NCBI GenBank assembly: GCA_963719515.1
Contig: CAVRCJ010000014.1
Coordinates: forward strand, 32,001-96,000
Direction: 5' to 3'
DNA: 64,000 nt
Origin: an uncultured cyanobacterium
Lineage (GTDB): Bacteria > Cyanobacteriota > Cyanobacteriia > CAKZMO01
Under the pieces are notes generated by a model. It worked only from the letters and a program-made list of their open reading frames with translations. It was not told where the DNA came from and did no database searches. The stretch's first letter is position 1. Every line of letters starts with the position of its first letter. A program made the translations under genes and the position numbers. Below, in pieces: positions 1-10,293 of the stretch.

Positions 1-2645
1 ATTTCCCATTCCTTGACCATCGCGTTTGGCCAGAGCCAGTTCTGCCCTAGATTTTCAGGCTGAAATTGGATTGGATCTCCCTGCAGCACCACCTGCTGAA
101 TTTGCACGGCCTTGCTCAACAAATCGGCGGGCTGATCTGGGGTGGGCTCCGCTGCCATTTGGGCCAGCACCAGGGCAATGCCTGAGTAGGCGGTCAGGGC
201 GTCCTGATTTGTGATTTGGTCCGGTACGCCCACTGTGGTGAGCGCGCTGCCGGTGGACAGGGCCTCATCGGGATAAACGGCAACTCCCTGATCCTCCAGC
301 AGCGCCAGCGTCTCGAACCAGGTATCCATGGCGGCTTCCGTCCGGCCCTCGGTGTAGAGAGCAAACCCCAAAGCGTTGTAGTACAGCGGCTGGGGAGACT
401 GCTGTACCGCAAAGTCCCAATATCGGCGCGCATCGCGGACATTCACTTCGCGATCGCCGCGCTTGATACCTTCCCACTCAAGTCGCCCCTGTAAAAAACT
501 GATGCGAGCATCGGCAATTTGCTCATCAGGGATAGCCTGGAGCACCTCCTCCGCTTCCTCTAGGGTGCCTCGATTGAGAAGCTCTGTCAGCGCCACCTCC
601 CCCGACTCGATATCCCCATCGCGGAAGAACTGGCTCGCCAGCGCGACCACATCCGCTGTGCTAGCGTCGCTGAGGTTGCCTAGGGGGACAGTTGTGTCAA
701 CCTCAACCGCCCCGCCATCTGTGCGGTCAAGCTGCTGGGAGAGCCTGATCCCACCTAGACCTAGACCTAGACCTAGAGGCAGCAGCAGCAGCAGCCAAAC
801 GGCTCGCCCAGGTATCAGACGGGACCAGGGAGAATCGGCCAAAACCGCTGTGTTGGGGCCATAAGCCTGACGCTGAGGCCTGTTCATCTGGGACTGTTGA
901 GATTGAGGGGCAGCAGGGCTATCTCTTTGCGGTTGGGGCAGCTCTGCCGAGGTTGCGGCTCTAGAGGCTGCAATCCCTGGCGCTGTAGTCCCTGACGCCA
1001 TGGCCCCGGACGCGATCGCCCCGGAACTAGAGTCCGCAGGTCTGGTCGCCACCGACTCACCAACGCCTGTAGGCGTTGTGGAAATTTCGGAACGTCCCGG
1101 CTGCGGCTGGAGCAGGGCTGTTGCGTCAGGCTGCTGCGATTCACTCTGGGTGACGGTGGCCTGGTCGCCATCAAATTCGATGAACGGCTCGACAGCCGCC
1201 ATGTCATCTTCTAGGTCCAGCGCGGCCAAATCGTCTAGCTCATCTTCCGACAGGTAAACTGGGTCGACAGCGATGGCTTCCTCTAGACCCTCTTCGTCTA
1301 AACCGCCTGCGTCAGTAGCGTCAGTAGCGAACTCTGCATCGCTGGCATCAGCGTCAATATCAGAAGCTGTGGGCAGCGAGATGGCGTGGAAATGGGGGAC
1401 GCGGGCGAGTGAATCTGCGGGGTTATTCAATCGGCGATCGCTGACGGTGAGGTAGCCGTTGAAGTCGGGGTGGAGGTATAGGGTTGGCAGCGCCCAGTAG
1501 AGCTGAGCTGAACCGTAGGCCGCTACTAGGCCCTGTCTGGCGCGGCTGAGGCTCAAATCGATGGGGTAGCCCTGCTTGAGGTTGCGGTACAGCAGCCGGG
1601 TAAGGGTGAGCGCCACATCGTCGGGAATTTGCTCCGCCATTGCGATTACGGAGGGGACGCCCCGGTTGACCAACGCTTCGGTTAAAGAGCGGCTGGAATC
1701 AGCGCTTTGAGCGGCGGTATAGCCCCCCCGACAGGAATTAAAGACGGCGACGCGAACGCCGTTGTTGACCAGCAGGCCCGCCAGGTCATTGCCGCTGAGG
1801 GACTCTGTCAACCCGGTGCGAGAGTTTACCAGGTACAGCTGTCCGCCAGCGGAGGCCAAATCGCTGTGTCCGGCGTAGTGAAGAATCTGGTAGTGGCCCT
1901 GCTCTAGCGCCTGGGCCAGCTCTTTGCGCCCGGGCTGCTCTAGGATGGTCACCTGGATGTTGGGCAGCCCTTCCACAGGGCCGTTACTCAACGTGGCGGA
2001 CCGCATCCCCAGCTCCTGCTGGAGCTGATGGGCCTCTTGCTTGAGGGTCAGCTGCTCTTGATCGTTGGGGGCAGCAATCACCATCAGCATGCGAATTTGC
2101 CCTGAAGGATGCTGAGAAAAATTGGATTGGGCGATCGCGACGCTAGGCTGGTAGCGAGAGAACAGGACGTTGGTGCCCGTCGCTAAGGGGCGGGCCGCCA
2201 AACCCGCTTGGCTACTGCTGTGCATCACCTCCCAGGGCAGACGGGGTAGGGTGGGGCCTTTGAGTCCCAGCCGCAGCCGCAGCACCTCGCCTCGATGCTG
2301 GGCGATGCCCTGAGAGGTCATCCAGCTGTCTCGCAAAATGCCCTGAAACAGATGGTTGTACATCTGCTGCCCCAGGTCCATGAGACTCAGCAGCGAGTCC
2401 GCCGCGTCTGACGTTCCTGCCTCTGGGGAAGGCCCCGGGGTAGCGATCGCCGCCGGCAGCCGGTTGTTCTGCAGGAGCCCGGCTAGCGGATCTCCCATCA
2501 GCTGTCGCGCCTGCTGTAGCCAATCTTCAACGGGCCAGATTAGCTGCTGCTCGGCTAGCGGCACGCCAGCGGCGGCCTTCTCTGTTCGAATCAGATACTC
2601 GTCACCTCGAACAGGCGTAATCGAAACATGAAATTCCTGAGTCAC
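1..2645 (-). CDS. hetF: HetF-like CHAT (caspase-HetF) domain protease, 3' end runs off the window
   Basis: Missing from the ORF track, consistent with having no stop inside the window. GTG at 2645 after GGAGG gives MTQEFHVSITPVRGDEYLIRTEKAAAGVPLAEQQLIWPVEDWL. Catalytic-type motifs ILHYAGHS and AVFNSCRG are present. The same frame at position ~3 reads FQPENLGQNWLWPNAMVKEWE. Confidence 0.85.
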   Translation of the reverse strand, partial: MTQEFHVSITPVRGDEYLIRTEKAAAGVPLAEQQLIWPVEDWLQQARQLMGDPLAGLLQNNRLPAAIATPGPSPEAGTSDAADSLLSLMDLGQQMYNHLFQGILRDSWMTSQGIAQHRGEVLRLRLGLKGPTLPRLPWEVMHSSSQAGLAARPLATGTNVLFSRYQPSVAIAQSNFSQHPSGQIRMLMVIAAPNDQEQLTLKQEAHQLQQELGMRSATLSNGPVEGLPNIQVTILEQPGRKELAQALEQGHYQILHYAGHSDLASAGGQLYLVNSRTGLTESLSGNDLAGLLVNNGVRVAVFNSCRGGYTAAQSADSSRSLTEALVNRGVPSVIAMAEQIPDDVALTLTRLLYRNLKQGYPIDLSLSRARQGLVAAYGSAQLYWALPTLYLHPDFNGYLTVSDRRLNNPADSLARVPHFHAISLPTASDIDADASDAEFATDATDAGGLDEEGLEEAIAVDPVYLSEDELDDLAALDLEDDMAAVEPFIEFDGDQATVTQSESQQPDATALLQPQPGRSEISTTPTGVGESVATRPADSSSGAIASGAMASGTTAPGIAASRAATSAELPQPQRDSPAAPQSQQSQMNRPQRQAYGPNTAVLADSPWSRLIPGRAVWLLLLLPLGLGLGLGGIRLSQQLDRTDGGAVEVDTTVPLGNLSDASTADVVALASQFFRDGDIESGEVALTELLNRGTLEEAEEVLQAIPDEQIADARISFLQGRLEWEGIKRGDREVNVRDARRYWDFAVQQSPQPLYYNALGFALYTEGRTEAAMDTWFETLALLEDQGVAVYPDEALSTGSALTTVGVPDQITNQDALTAYSGIALVLAQMAAEPTPDQPADLLSKAVQIQQVVLQGDPIQFQPENLGQNWLWPNAMVKEWE

Positions 2646-2962
2646 TGCTTCCGCACCCTCCTAATCGCGAGTTTCCCGGTTATGACGTGAGGCATTACCC
2701 TAAACCTCGATTGAGTCAACGCTTCGGTAGCAGCACCCAAACTACACCGCTGATTGATGCGGTGCATCTACTCTATTCTAGCCAGGTTCAACCCCAACCC
2801 GTCACGTCAGTCCGACCTAGCCCTGGGTTTGACCACAAGCTTTGGACATGACGCGACCCTATGGATTAGAGCAAGCGCTGCAGGGAGCCACCGATGACGA
2901 TACCTATGTCTTTCGAGGTGACCAAACCCGCATCAGGACATAATCTCGGTCATTTCTCTAAA

Positions 2963-3143
2963 GCGGCTCGCGGCGGCAAACCGGTTGGAAAAGGTGCCTT
3001 CTACTGGTCTGCTGGGCAAACACCCATAGCGCTCTTGAGAGTCTTGACGCACCGCCGGTGCGGCGAAGGGAAGGGCGGTGCGTCAAGACTGAGTTCCCAA
3101 GCTTGTAACTGCTTACAATCGTGAAGTTTGCGGCAGAACAGTC
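2963..3143 (-). ncRNA. ssrS: Probable 6S RNA (about 180 nt)
   Basis: Intergenic. The 5' and 3' ends can pair (GCAAAC/GTTTGC, GUUC/GAGC). Perfect 17-bp hairpin at 3040-3056/3074-3090. Motifs CTTGGGAACTCAG and GGCACCTTTTCCAACCGG resemble cyanobacterial 6S as I recall them. Not verified with a covariance model; ends approximate. Confidence 0.5.
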
Positions 3144-3223
3144 GGCGCGGATTATTGAAGCGATCGCCGGAATTTTCTTGGACCTGGAGACCTGCTCGCA
3201 CTGGGGCAGAAGGCTCAAGTCGT

Positions 3224-3442
3224 CTACTCGCTCAGTAAATCCTTTTGATGGAGCCGCCGGGTCCCCAGTAAAGCCGCGACTAGCGCCAGCTGAATGGGCC
3301 AAGGGGCAGAAACGAGAGTTAGCAGTATGCACGCTAGAGCAATGCCGACGCAGAGAATGGCAAGCTCTTCAGACACAGACTCGAGCCAGGCGTAGGCCCA
3401 GGCTGCACCAATGGCGATTACGAAAGAGGTAACAAACCACAT
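3224..3442 (-). CDS. Small hydrophobic membrane protein
   Basis: 72 aa, ATG start, 2-3 hydrophobic segments. Confidence 0.65.
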   Translation of the reverse strand: MWFVTSFVIAIGAAWAYAWLESVSEELAILCVGIALACILLTLVSAPWPIQLALVAALLGTRRLHQKDLLSE

Positions 3443-3839
3443 AGGTAATACCCAAAATTGACGACGAAAATTAATATTGATTGTTATAAAAGTTAATTGT
3501 TAACACCGTATTAAGTAGCATAAGACACTTTTTGAAAGATGCCTACCCTCGCTCCCTTTAAATGTCAAAAAATCATCAACCTACTTTCCTCTATGAATTG
3601 ACGGCAGTCCCTGAAATGACGTTGGGGAGGGCTAACAGGTGCCTGACGGCTGCTTTTTGCTTAACAAGATTTAACTAAGATTCTTTAAGGTTTTGGTCAT
3701 GCAGCAGGATTTAGCCCTCAGTCAGTAAGGCGCTTGACCGTCGCTCGACCGGCAGCGCTAGTCTGGGCTCAGCTCGTCTTCGTCTTTGCAACAATTCTGC
3801 AACAATGGCTTAAATGCCACTACTACTGTTACAGCTGAC

Positions 3840-4109
3840 ATGCCGAAGTACATTGCCTGGGGACGCTACTGCGACAACGTTCTAGAAAAGCGTGCCCCCT
3901 ATCGCCAGGCCCACCTCGACGGGCTCACGGCCCAGAAAGCCTCGGGCACCCTAATCACCATTGGACCCACAACAGATTTATCTCTGTTTTTTGCAATTTA
4001 CGACGCCGAAAGCGCCGCTGTTGTGACACAGCTCGTCGAGAATGACCCCTATTGGCAAAACGACATTTGGACCGAGTACGAGGTGAAGGAATGGATTCAG
4101 GCCCTGTAG
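3840..4109 (+). CDS. YciI family protein
   Basis: MPKYIAWGRYCDNVLEKRAPYRQAHLDGL...IGPT...ENDPYWQNDIW; ATG at 3840. Confidence 0.85.
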   Translation: MPKYIAWGRYCDNVLEKRAPYRQAHLDGLTAQKASGTLITIGPTTDLSLFFAIYDAESAAVVTQLVENDPYWQNDIWTEYEVKEWIQAL

Positions 4110-4139
4110 TGGGGAAGCTGGCCCCCGGGGTAAGCCCGT

Positions 4140-4913
4140 CTACAGCGCCACCGGAGCGCAGTAGCGATCGCAAAACGCAATGGCCTCATCGAGCCGGCTG
4201 GTTTGGTTGGGGTACTGAACGGCTGGGCGACGGATGGTAATCAGGGTCACATCTAGAGACTGGGCCACCTGCTGTTTAATCAGCTCTCCGCCAGCCTCCC
4301 CTGAAGCCTTCGCCACAACCAGGGAAATTTGCCAGTTTTGCCAAAGCGCCTTTTCTAGGCTGGCGGAGAGGGGAGGACGCAGCGCGATGAGGCGATCGGG
4401 GGTGAAGCCGGCGGCGAGGGCAGCCTCTAGCGCCACCTGGGACGGTAATATGCGGGCAAACAGGGTGGCCCGCTCCTGCCAAGGCTTAAACAGGGGGAGA
4501 AGGCGATAGCCAACGGTCAATAGGACGCGCTGGTCGACGAGATAGTTGTTTGATAGAAGCGTCTCAACATTATCAACTTCTAGGGTAGAGGCCGCCTTGA
4601 GAGGTGGACGCTCGTATCGCATATAGGGGAGGTTATGCTGCTGGGCAACGGCGATCGCCAGCTTGGAAATCTCGACGGCGTAGGGGTGTGAGGCGTCCAA
4701 GATAGCCCCCACCTGCTCCTGCTGAACAAAGCGAGACGCTTGGGCCTGATCGAGCGCCCCCACGCGAATGTGAACGGAGGGCAGCGTTGGGTAGAGGGCA
4801 CGGGCGGCTTCTGTCGTCACGCTGACCACAGAAGGAATTTGCTGCCCTGCCACCATGCGAACGAGCTGGGCACTCTCCTGGGTACCGCCAATGAGCCAAA
4901 TGCGCGCTGTCAT
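4140..4913 (-). CDS. cobK: Precorrin-6A/cobalt-precorrin-6A reductase (CobK/CbiJ)
   Basis: IWLIGGTQES, LDASHPYA, RYERP, VAKASGEAGG, IRRP motifs. Confidence 0.92.
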   Translation of the reverse strand: MTARIWLIGGTQESAQLVRMVAGQQIPSVVSVTTEAARALYPTLPSVHIRVGALDQAQASRFVQQEQVGAILDASHPYAVEISKLAIAVAQQHNLPYMRYERPPLKAASTLEVDNVETLLSNNYLVDQRVLLTVGYRLLPLFKPWQERATLFARILPSQVALEAALAAGFTPDRLIALRPPLSASLEKALWQNWQISLVVAKASGEAGGELIKQQVAQSLDVTLITIRRPAVQYPNQTSRLDEAIAFCDRYCAPVAL

Positions 4914-5104
4914 ACGTTAAGTCCTAAGTCTTAATGTTGGTTACGTCATCGGTAGACACCCCGGTCTAAACCCAAGATTGAGCGTTGCTCTCCCAACACC
5001 GCGTTGCCCACGCTGGACAACATTACGAGAGGGATATTGGACTTAGACCTCGCGAAAATGCACAGCTCGTTTGCCTTAAATATCGTCAAATATACAGAAT
5101 CGTC

Positions 5105-5845
5105 CTACTTCACCCCAACCTTGTACAGGTTGAAGATTTCTCCGGAGCGCTGACCCATCACCTTCATGCCGCTCTGTTGAATTAGCTTTTCCCAGGCAGC
5201 AGCTGGCTCTAACAGCACCTCGGCCCCCAAGTAGGTTTCTAAGATAGCCCAGTTCTCAGCCAGCTCTTTTTCTGCGTCAACCACGTCAAACACAAACAGC
5301 CCCCCCGGTTTGAGCACCCGCTTCACCGCTGCCAACACCGTTCCCCAATATTCCAGGGGGTAGTAGCAGCTCACACCGGTGGCGATCGCCAGGTCAAACT
5401 GCTCGGGATCATACTCCAGCCGGTGGGCCGGGGCCTGGACCACCCCCTTAAAGAGCTTGGAATTGAGCTGGGGGCTGCGGGTGTTGAGGATTTGCTGGGC
5501 AACGGCGCTGACCTCCTGACCGTAGAAGAATGCGTTCCATTCGCACCAAGGGTAAATCAAAAAGCTGACGCCGCAGCCAATATCTAAGCACCGCTGATTC
5601 TTTTTTGGCTTAGCCAGCTCCCAAAAGGGGGCGGCCAGCCGGGGGGCCAGTCGCCCCGAGGACCAGTCGTGAAAGATAGGCATCGCTTCCACCTCTTCGG
5701 GCAGGTCGAAGGCATCGCCCCGGTAAGCCTGGTCATAGCGGCGGGCCACCGCAGTGATGGCAGAGGCCACCTCTTGCGCCGTTCGCCCGACTTGACCTAC
5801 GCCGGTATTCATCCAGTCCGACGATTGTGCTGAGTTGTCTGCCAT
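5105..5845 (-). CDS. Class I SAM-dependent methyltransferase
   Basis: LDIGCGVS motif I, FDLAIATG, RVLKPGGLFVF. Confidence 0.88.
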   Translation of the reverse strand: MADNSAQSSDWMNTGVGQVGRTAQEVASAITAVARRYDQAYRGDAFDLPEEVEAMPIFHDWSSGRLAPRLAAPFWELAKPKKNQRCLDIGCGVSFLIYPWCEWNAFFYGQEVSAVAQQILNTRSPQLNSKLFKGVVQAPAHRLEYDPEQFDLAIATGVSCYYPLEYWGTVLAAVKRVLKPGGLFVFDVVDAEKELAENWAILETYLGAEVLLEPAAAWEKLIQQSGMKVMGQRSGEIFNLYKVGVK

Positions 5846-6024
5846 CAGCCTTTCAGGGCTCGGTTAAAGTTGCTTCGATAGGACTTATTTACAAGCAGAA
5901 CGGGCCACAACAGGGACAAGTAGAGTTTTCCTTGGCTAAAGTTGGTGCGGCGAAACCCTGTCCAGAACTTCCAGATGCCACCCCCATAGACAACCAGGGC
6001 AAGTAGACCAATTAAATTAAGCAT
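5845..6024 (-). CDS. Small membrane protein, translationally coupled to the methyltransferase
   Basis: MLNLIGLLALVVYGGGIWKFW...; its stop overlaps the next ATG (TGATG). Confidence 0.7.
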   Translation of the reverse strand: MLNLIGLLALVVYGGGIWKFWTGFRRTNFSQGKLYLSLLWPVLLVNKSYRSNFNRALKG

Positions 6025-6403
6025 ATTGCTGTCTTTTTTCTCCACAGTTTGGGCTTACCCTCATTATGCCGTCAATCCGTTGCCAGCCGCCGCTGCGACC
6101 AGCGCTGGCCTACCGAGGAAACTTGCCGCAGGAACTCGCTTGGAGGCCATGAAACTACATAAGACGATTCCTTGGTCTGATAGGCTAGGTCTTGTTGAAA
6201 GCGTGATTGACCTCTTCTCAACCCTCTACCAAGCTGGCTAGCTCAAGTTAGCAATTGGAACAATGGTGGTTTCTAATACCGAGGAGGTCTCTAACGTTCG
6301 ATAGAGTACTAACGTCTTACGAACTCAGATAATCTCTATGGGAATTAGCCTTTAGAGATAGGGCGTTGCAGACACGGCGACTGTTAGTCGCTAAGGAGGA
6401 TCT

Positions 6404-8963
6404 ATGCGAGCAGTACTTATGGCGGGTGGTTCAGGGACTAGGCTCCGTCCACTGACCTGCGATCTCCCCAAACCGATGGTGCCGATCTTAAACCGACCTA
6501 TTTCTGAGCACATCATCAATTTGCTGAAGCGGCACGGGATCACCGAAGTGATCGCAACGCTGTTCTATCTGCCCGACGTTATGCGGGACTACTTTCAAGA
6601 CGGCAGCGACTTTGGCGTTCAGCTCACCTATGCGGTGGAAGAAGACCAGCCCCTGGGAACGGCAGGCTGCGTCAAGAACGTCAGCGAGCTGCTTGACGAG
6701 ACCTTTTTGGTCATCAGCGGCGATAGCATTACGGACTTTGACCTAACAGAGGCCGTGGCCTTTCACAAAGCTCGAGGGTCGAAAGCAACGCTGGTGCTGG
6801 CCCGGGTTCCTAATCCGGTCGAGTTCGGCGTGGTGATTACCGATGAGAATCAGCGCATCCAAAGGTTTTTAGAGAAGCCCTCAACAAGCGAAATCTTCTC
6901 TGACACGGTCAACACGGGCACCTACATTCTGGAGCCGGAAGTTCTGGCCTATCTGCCAGAAGATCAAGAGTGTGACTTCTCCAAAGATTTGTTCCCCAAG
7001 CTGCTGGCGGAAGACGAGCCGATGTACGGCTACGTGGCTGACGGCTACTGGTGCGATGTCGGCCACCTAGAAGCATACCGAGAAGCCCAGTACGACGGCC
7101 TGCAGCGCAAGGTGAAGCTCGATTTGGAGTACTACGAGGAAAAGTCGCCCGGAATTTGGATCGGCAAAAACTCTGCCATTGATCCCGAGGCCCAGATCGA
7201 TTCACCCGTGATGATCGGCGATAACGTTCGCATTGGACCTCGGGCAAAGATTGAAGCCGGTAGCGTGATTGGAGATAACGTCACGATCGGGGCCGACGCC
7301 GACCTGAAGCGGCCCATTGTCTGGAATGGCTCCATCATCGGCGATGAGGCGCAGCTGCGAGCCTGCGTCACCGGACGGGGAACCCGCATCGATAGGCGGG
7401 CTCAAATTTTAGAAGGCGCAATTGTGGGGTCGCTCTCCACCGTGGGCGAGGAAGCCCACATCACACCCGAGGTCAGAATTTGGCCGAGCAAGAAAATCGA
7501 GCCGGGTGCAACGCTGAACATGAACTTAATCTGGGGACAAGTGGCTCGACGAAATCTATTTGGTCAACGTGGGGTATCTGGCTTAGCTAACGTAGACATT
7601 ACCCCAGAATTTGCCGTCCGCCTCGGGACGGCCTACGGCTCAACTCTCAAAGCGGGCGCAGACGTGACGGTCTCCCGAGACCAGCGCAGCATCTCTCGCA
7701 TGGTGTCGCGATCGCTAATTTCGGGGCTGATGTCGGTGGGAGTTAACGTCCGCAACCTAGAAGCGACAGCGATCCCCATTGCCCGGGTGGTTGCTTCCTC
7801 TATGGACGTCGACGGCGGTATTCACGTGCGCATCCACCCCGATCGCCACGACCACATCTTGATCGAGTTCTTTGACAGCAACGGCATCGATCTGTCCAAG
7901 AGCCGCGAGAAGAAGATTGAGGGCTCTTACTTCAAAGAAGATTTCCGCCGGGTGCCCATCCAAGAAATTGGCAACATGGTTTACCCCAGTGAGGTCATCG
8001 ACGCCTACAGCACCGCTTTTGAAAAGCACCTCGACGTTGAGGCCGTCCGCAACAGCAAGACGAAAGTCATCATCGACTACGCCTACGCCGTCTCTAATGC
8101 GGTACTGCCTCGGCTCTTAAACAAGTTTGGCTGCGACGCTGTGGTCCTCAACGCCAGCTTAAGCCAAATTATGCCCTCCATGGAGGAGCGGGAGCAACTG
8201 CTCAATCAGCTGGGTCAGGTGATCGAAGCGCTGAAGGCCAATTTGGGGGTACAGGTTGCCGCGAACGGGGAACAGCTCGTCCTGGTGGACGAGACCGGTA
8301 GCCCCGATTCGCGGCGAGATGCTGACGGCGCTGATTACCCATATGTTCTTGACGGTCCAGCCCCGAGGCACGGTGGTGGTGCCCGTCAATACATCGAGCG
8401 CCGTAGAGCAAATTGCCCGCCGCCACGACGCCACGGTGATTCGCACCAAGGTCAACCCGACAGCTTTAATGCAGGCCTGCCACGAAAACTCCAACGTGGT
8501 GCTGGGGGGCAGCGCCGACATCGGCTTCATCTTCCCCGAGCTGCACCCCGGCTTCGACGCCATGTACTGCATCGCTAAGCTAATTGAGCTGCTGACGCTA
8601 CAGGATCGCTCCCTCGGCCAGATTCGCTCTGAGCTACCCCGCGTGGCCTACCGTAGCGCTAGCGTTCGCTGCCCTTGGATGGTGAAAGGGGCGTTGATGC
8701 GCCATCTGGTGGAGAACAATCCCAGCGAGATGATTGATTTGACCGATGGCGTGAAGATCTTTAAGTCTGAAGAAGACCGAGAGAGCTGGATTTTGGTGCT
8801 GCCGGATGCTGGGGAGCCGCTGGTTCACCTCTACGCCAACAGCGTTGAGCGCAAGTGGGTTGATGATACGCTGCGCAACTACCGCACCCGCGTGCAGGAG
8901 TTCGTTGAGGCTGAAGAGGGCATGGTCGACAGCGCTTCTGTGGCGGAGCCGGTGTATTCGTAG
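6404..8963 (+). pseudogene. Bifunctional mannose-1-phosphate guanylyltransferase/phosphomannomutase with one frameshift (real or assembly error)
   Basis: [18 protein letters not shown] nucleotidyltransferase domain, left-handed beta-helix repeats and a PGM/PMM-like region (LFGQRGVSG). The conserved reading continues in another frame ([10 protein letters not shown]...) after the C-run at 8302-8305 and ends at 8963. Confidence 0.85.
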
Positions 8964-9042
8964 GACTGCCTACCTCTCTCACAGGTTGATTTTTCAGGGG
9001 CACAGTAAAGGCTGTGTCCCTTTGTCTTTTTAGTACCGGGAG

Positions 9043-9513
9043 GTGAAGGTGAATAAGCCAGTCGATGAAGCCCTATCCAATCAGGTGGCGGGCGCAATCA
9101 GCAGCAAAGCGAGTCAGCCGTTTCAAAACGCCTATCAGGCTCTCCAGCAGGTTGAGCAAGGGCGCTACGTCCAGGGATTTCTGGTCATCATCGAGAACCC
9201 CTTTAGCCTCCAAGAGCACGCCTGGGTCGAGACAGATGACGCCATTATTGAGCCGTCGCTGCCTCATATTGGCTATTCTGCTGATGCGCTCAGATATTTT
9301 CCGGCCCAAATCTTAAGCGAGGCTGACCTGGCGTCAGCAATAGAAATTGCCAAAGAAGACTATCCGGAAGACAACCCGCTGCCCGTCTATGGCGATGCTC
9401 CCTACGCGTATTACGGTGACGTGATGCTAGGGGGAGAGCCTTACCAAGAGGCTTACCAGCAGGCGCAGGCGCTGAGTCAGCAGCTGACTCAGCAAGCAGC
9501 GGAGCAAAATTAA
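9043..9513 (+). CDS. Hypothetical protein
   Basis: 156 aa, GGAGG upstream, plausible globular composition. Confidence 0.7.
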   Translation: MKVNKPVDEALSNQVAGAISSKASQPFQNAYQALQQVEQGRYVQGFLVIIENPFSLQEHAWVETDDAIIEPSLPHIGYSADALRYFPAQILSEADLASAIEIAKEDYPEDNPLPVYGDAPYAYYGDVMLGGEPYQEAYQQAQALSQQLTQQAAEQN

Positions 9514-9569
9514 GCCAGTGAGAAGCGTGCTCAGGTCAGCTGTGGTTGCCCCGTTGTGCTCCCTTTCCG

Positions 9570-10193
9570 CTAAGCGTCTGAGCTCGGCTGAGCGGCTTCA
9601 GCGCGGGCCTTAAAGAATTCTTTTGCCCGCTTGGGGTCAGGGGTCAGGGTTTTCTCGCCGGGCTGCCAGTCTGCAGGACAGACCTCGTCGGGATGAGATT
9701 GGACATATTGAACGGCCTGCAGCAGCCGTAGGGTTTCGTCCACGTTACGACCAAAGGAAAGGTTATTGACCGTGATATGCTGCAGCGCGCCTTCGTTATC
9801 GATGATGAACAGCCCTCGCAGCGCAATGCCCGCCTCCGGCTCTAGAACGTTGTAAGCAGCGCTGATGTCTTTGCGGATATCCGACACCAGTGGGTAACTA
9901 ATATCTCCCACTCCGCCGAGCTTGCGCTCGGTTTGAATCCAGGCCAGGTGAGAAAACTCGCTATCTACCGATACGGCCAGAATCTCCGTGTTCAGCTGCT
10001 TGAATTCTTCAAAGCGATCGCTAAAGGCAATCACCTCCGTCGGGCAAACGAACGTGAAGTTGAGGGGATAGAAGAACAGCACCACGTACTTGCCCCGGTA
10101 GTCCGACAGCTTAATGGTTTTGAACTCTTGGTCGTAAACCGCTGTAGCCGTAAAGTCAGGGGCCAGCTGACCGACTCGCAGACACTCTTCCAT
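9570..10193 (-). CDS. 2-Cys peroxiredoxin (AhpC/TSA family)
   Basis: [14 protein letters not shown] peroxidatic motif and EVCPADW resolving motif. Confidence 0.95.
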   Translation of the reverse strand: MEECLRVGQLAPDFTATAVYDQEFKTIKLSDYRGKYVVLFFYPLNFTFVCPTEVIAFSDRFEEFKQLNTEILAVSVDSEFSHLAWIQTERKLGGVGDISYPLVSDIRKDISAAYNVLEPEAGIALRGLFIIDNEGALQHITVNNLSFGRNVDETLRLLQAVQYVQSHPDEVCPADWQPGEKTLTPDPKRAKEFFKARAEAAQPSSDA

Positions 10194-10293
10194 GGTGATA
10201 TCTCCTGGTTCTGGTTGTAAATCTTAACACAGTTGGTTTAGAGGCTGTAAAGTGTGGCGCTGGCTACAGCGGTTTTAGAAAAACGCTACAGCG

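Noticed and set aside
26..2631. Many short track ORFs over hetF
   Set aside because: They are shadow frames of the long minus-strand hetF ORF.
2894..3432. Overlapping track ORFs 2894-3124, 2958-3332, 3001-3201, 3121-3432
   Set aside because: No recognisable protein features; better explained by the structured RNA and the 72-aa gene.
8306..8578. Arg-rich C-terminus of the 724-aa ORF as a novel domain
   Set aside because: It is out-of-frame read-through after the indel.
10216..10268. NtcA-like GTA-N8-CAC and GTG-N8-TAC sites near the peroxiredoxin start
   Set aside because: Imperfect matches with no supporting promoter geometry.
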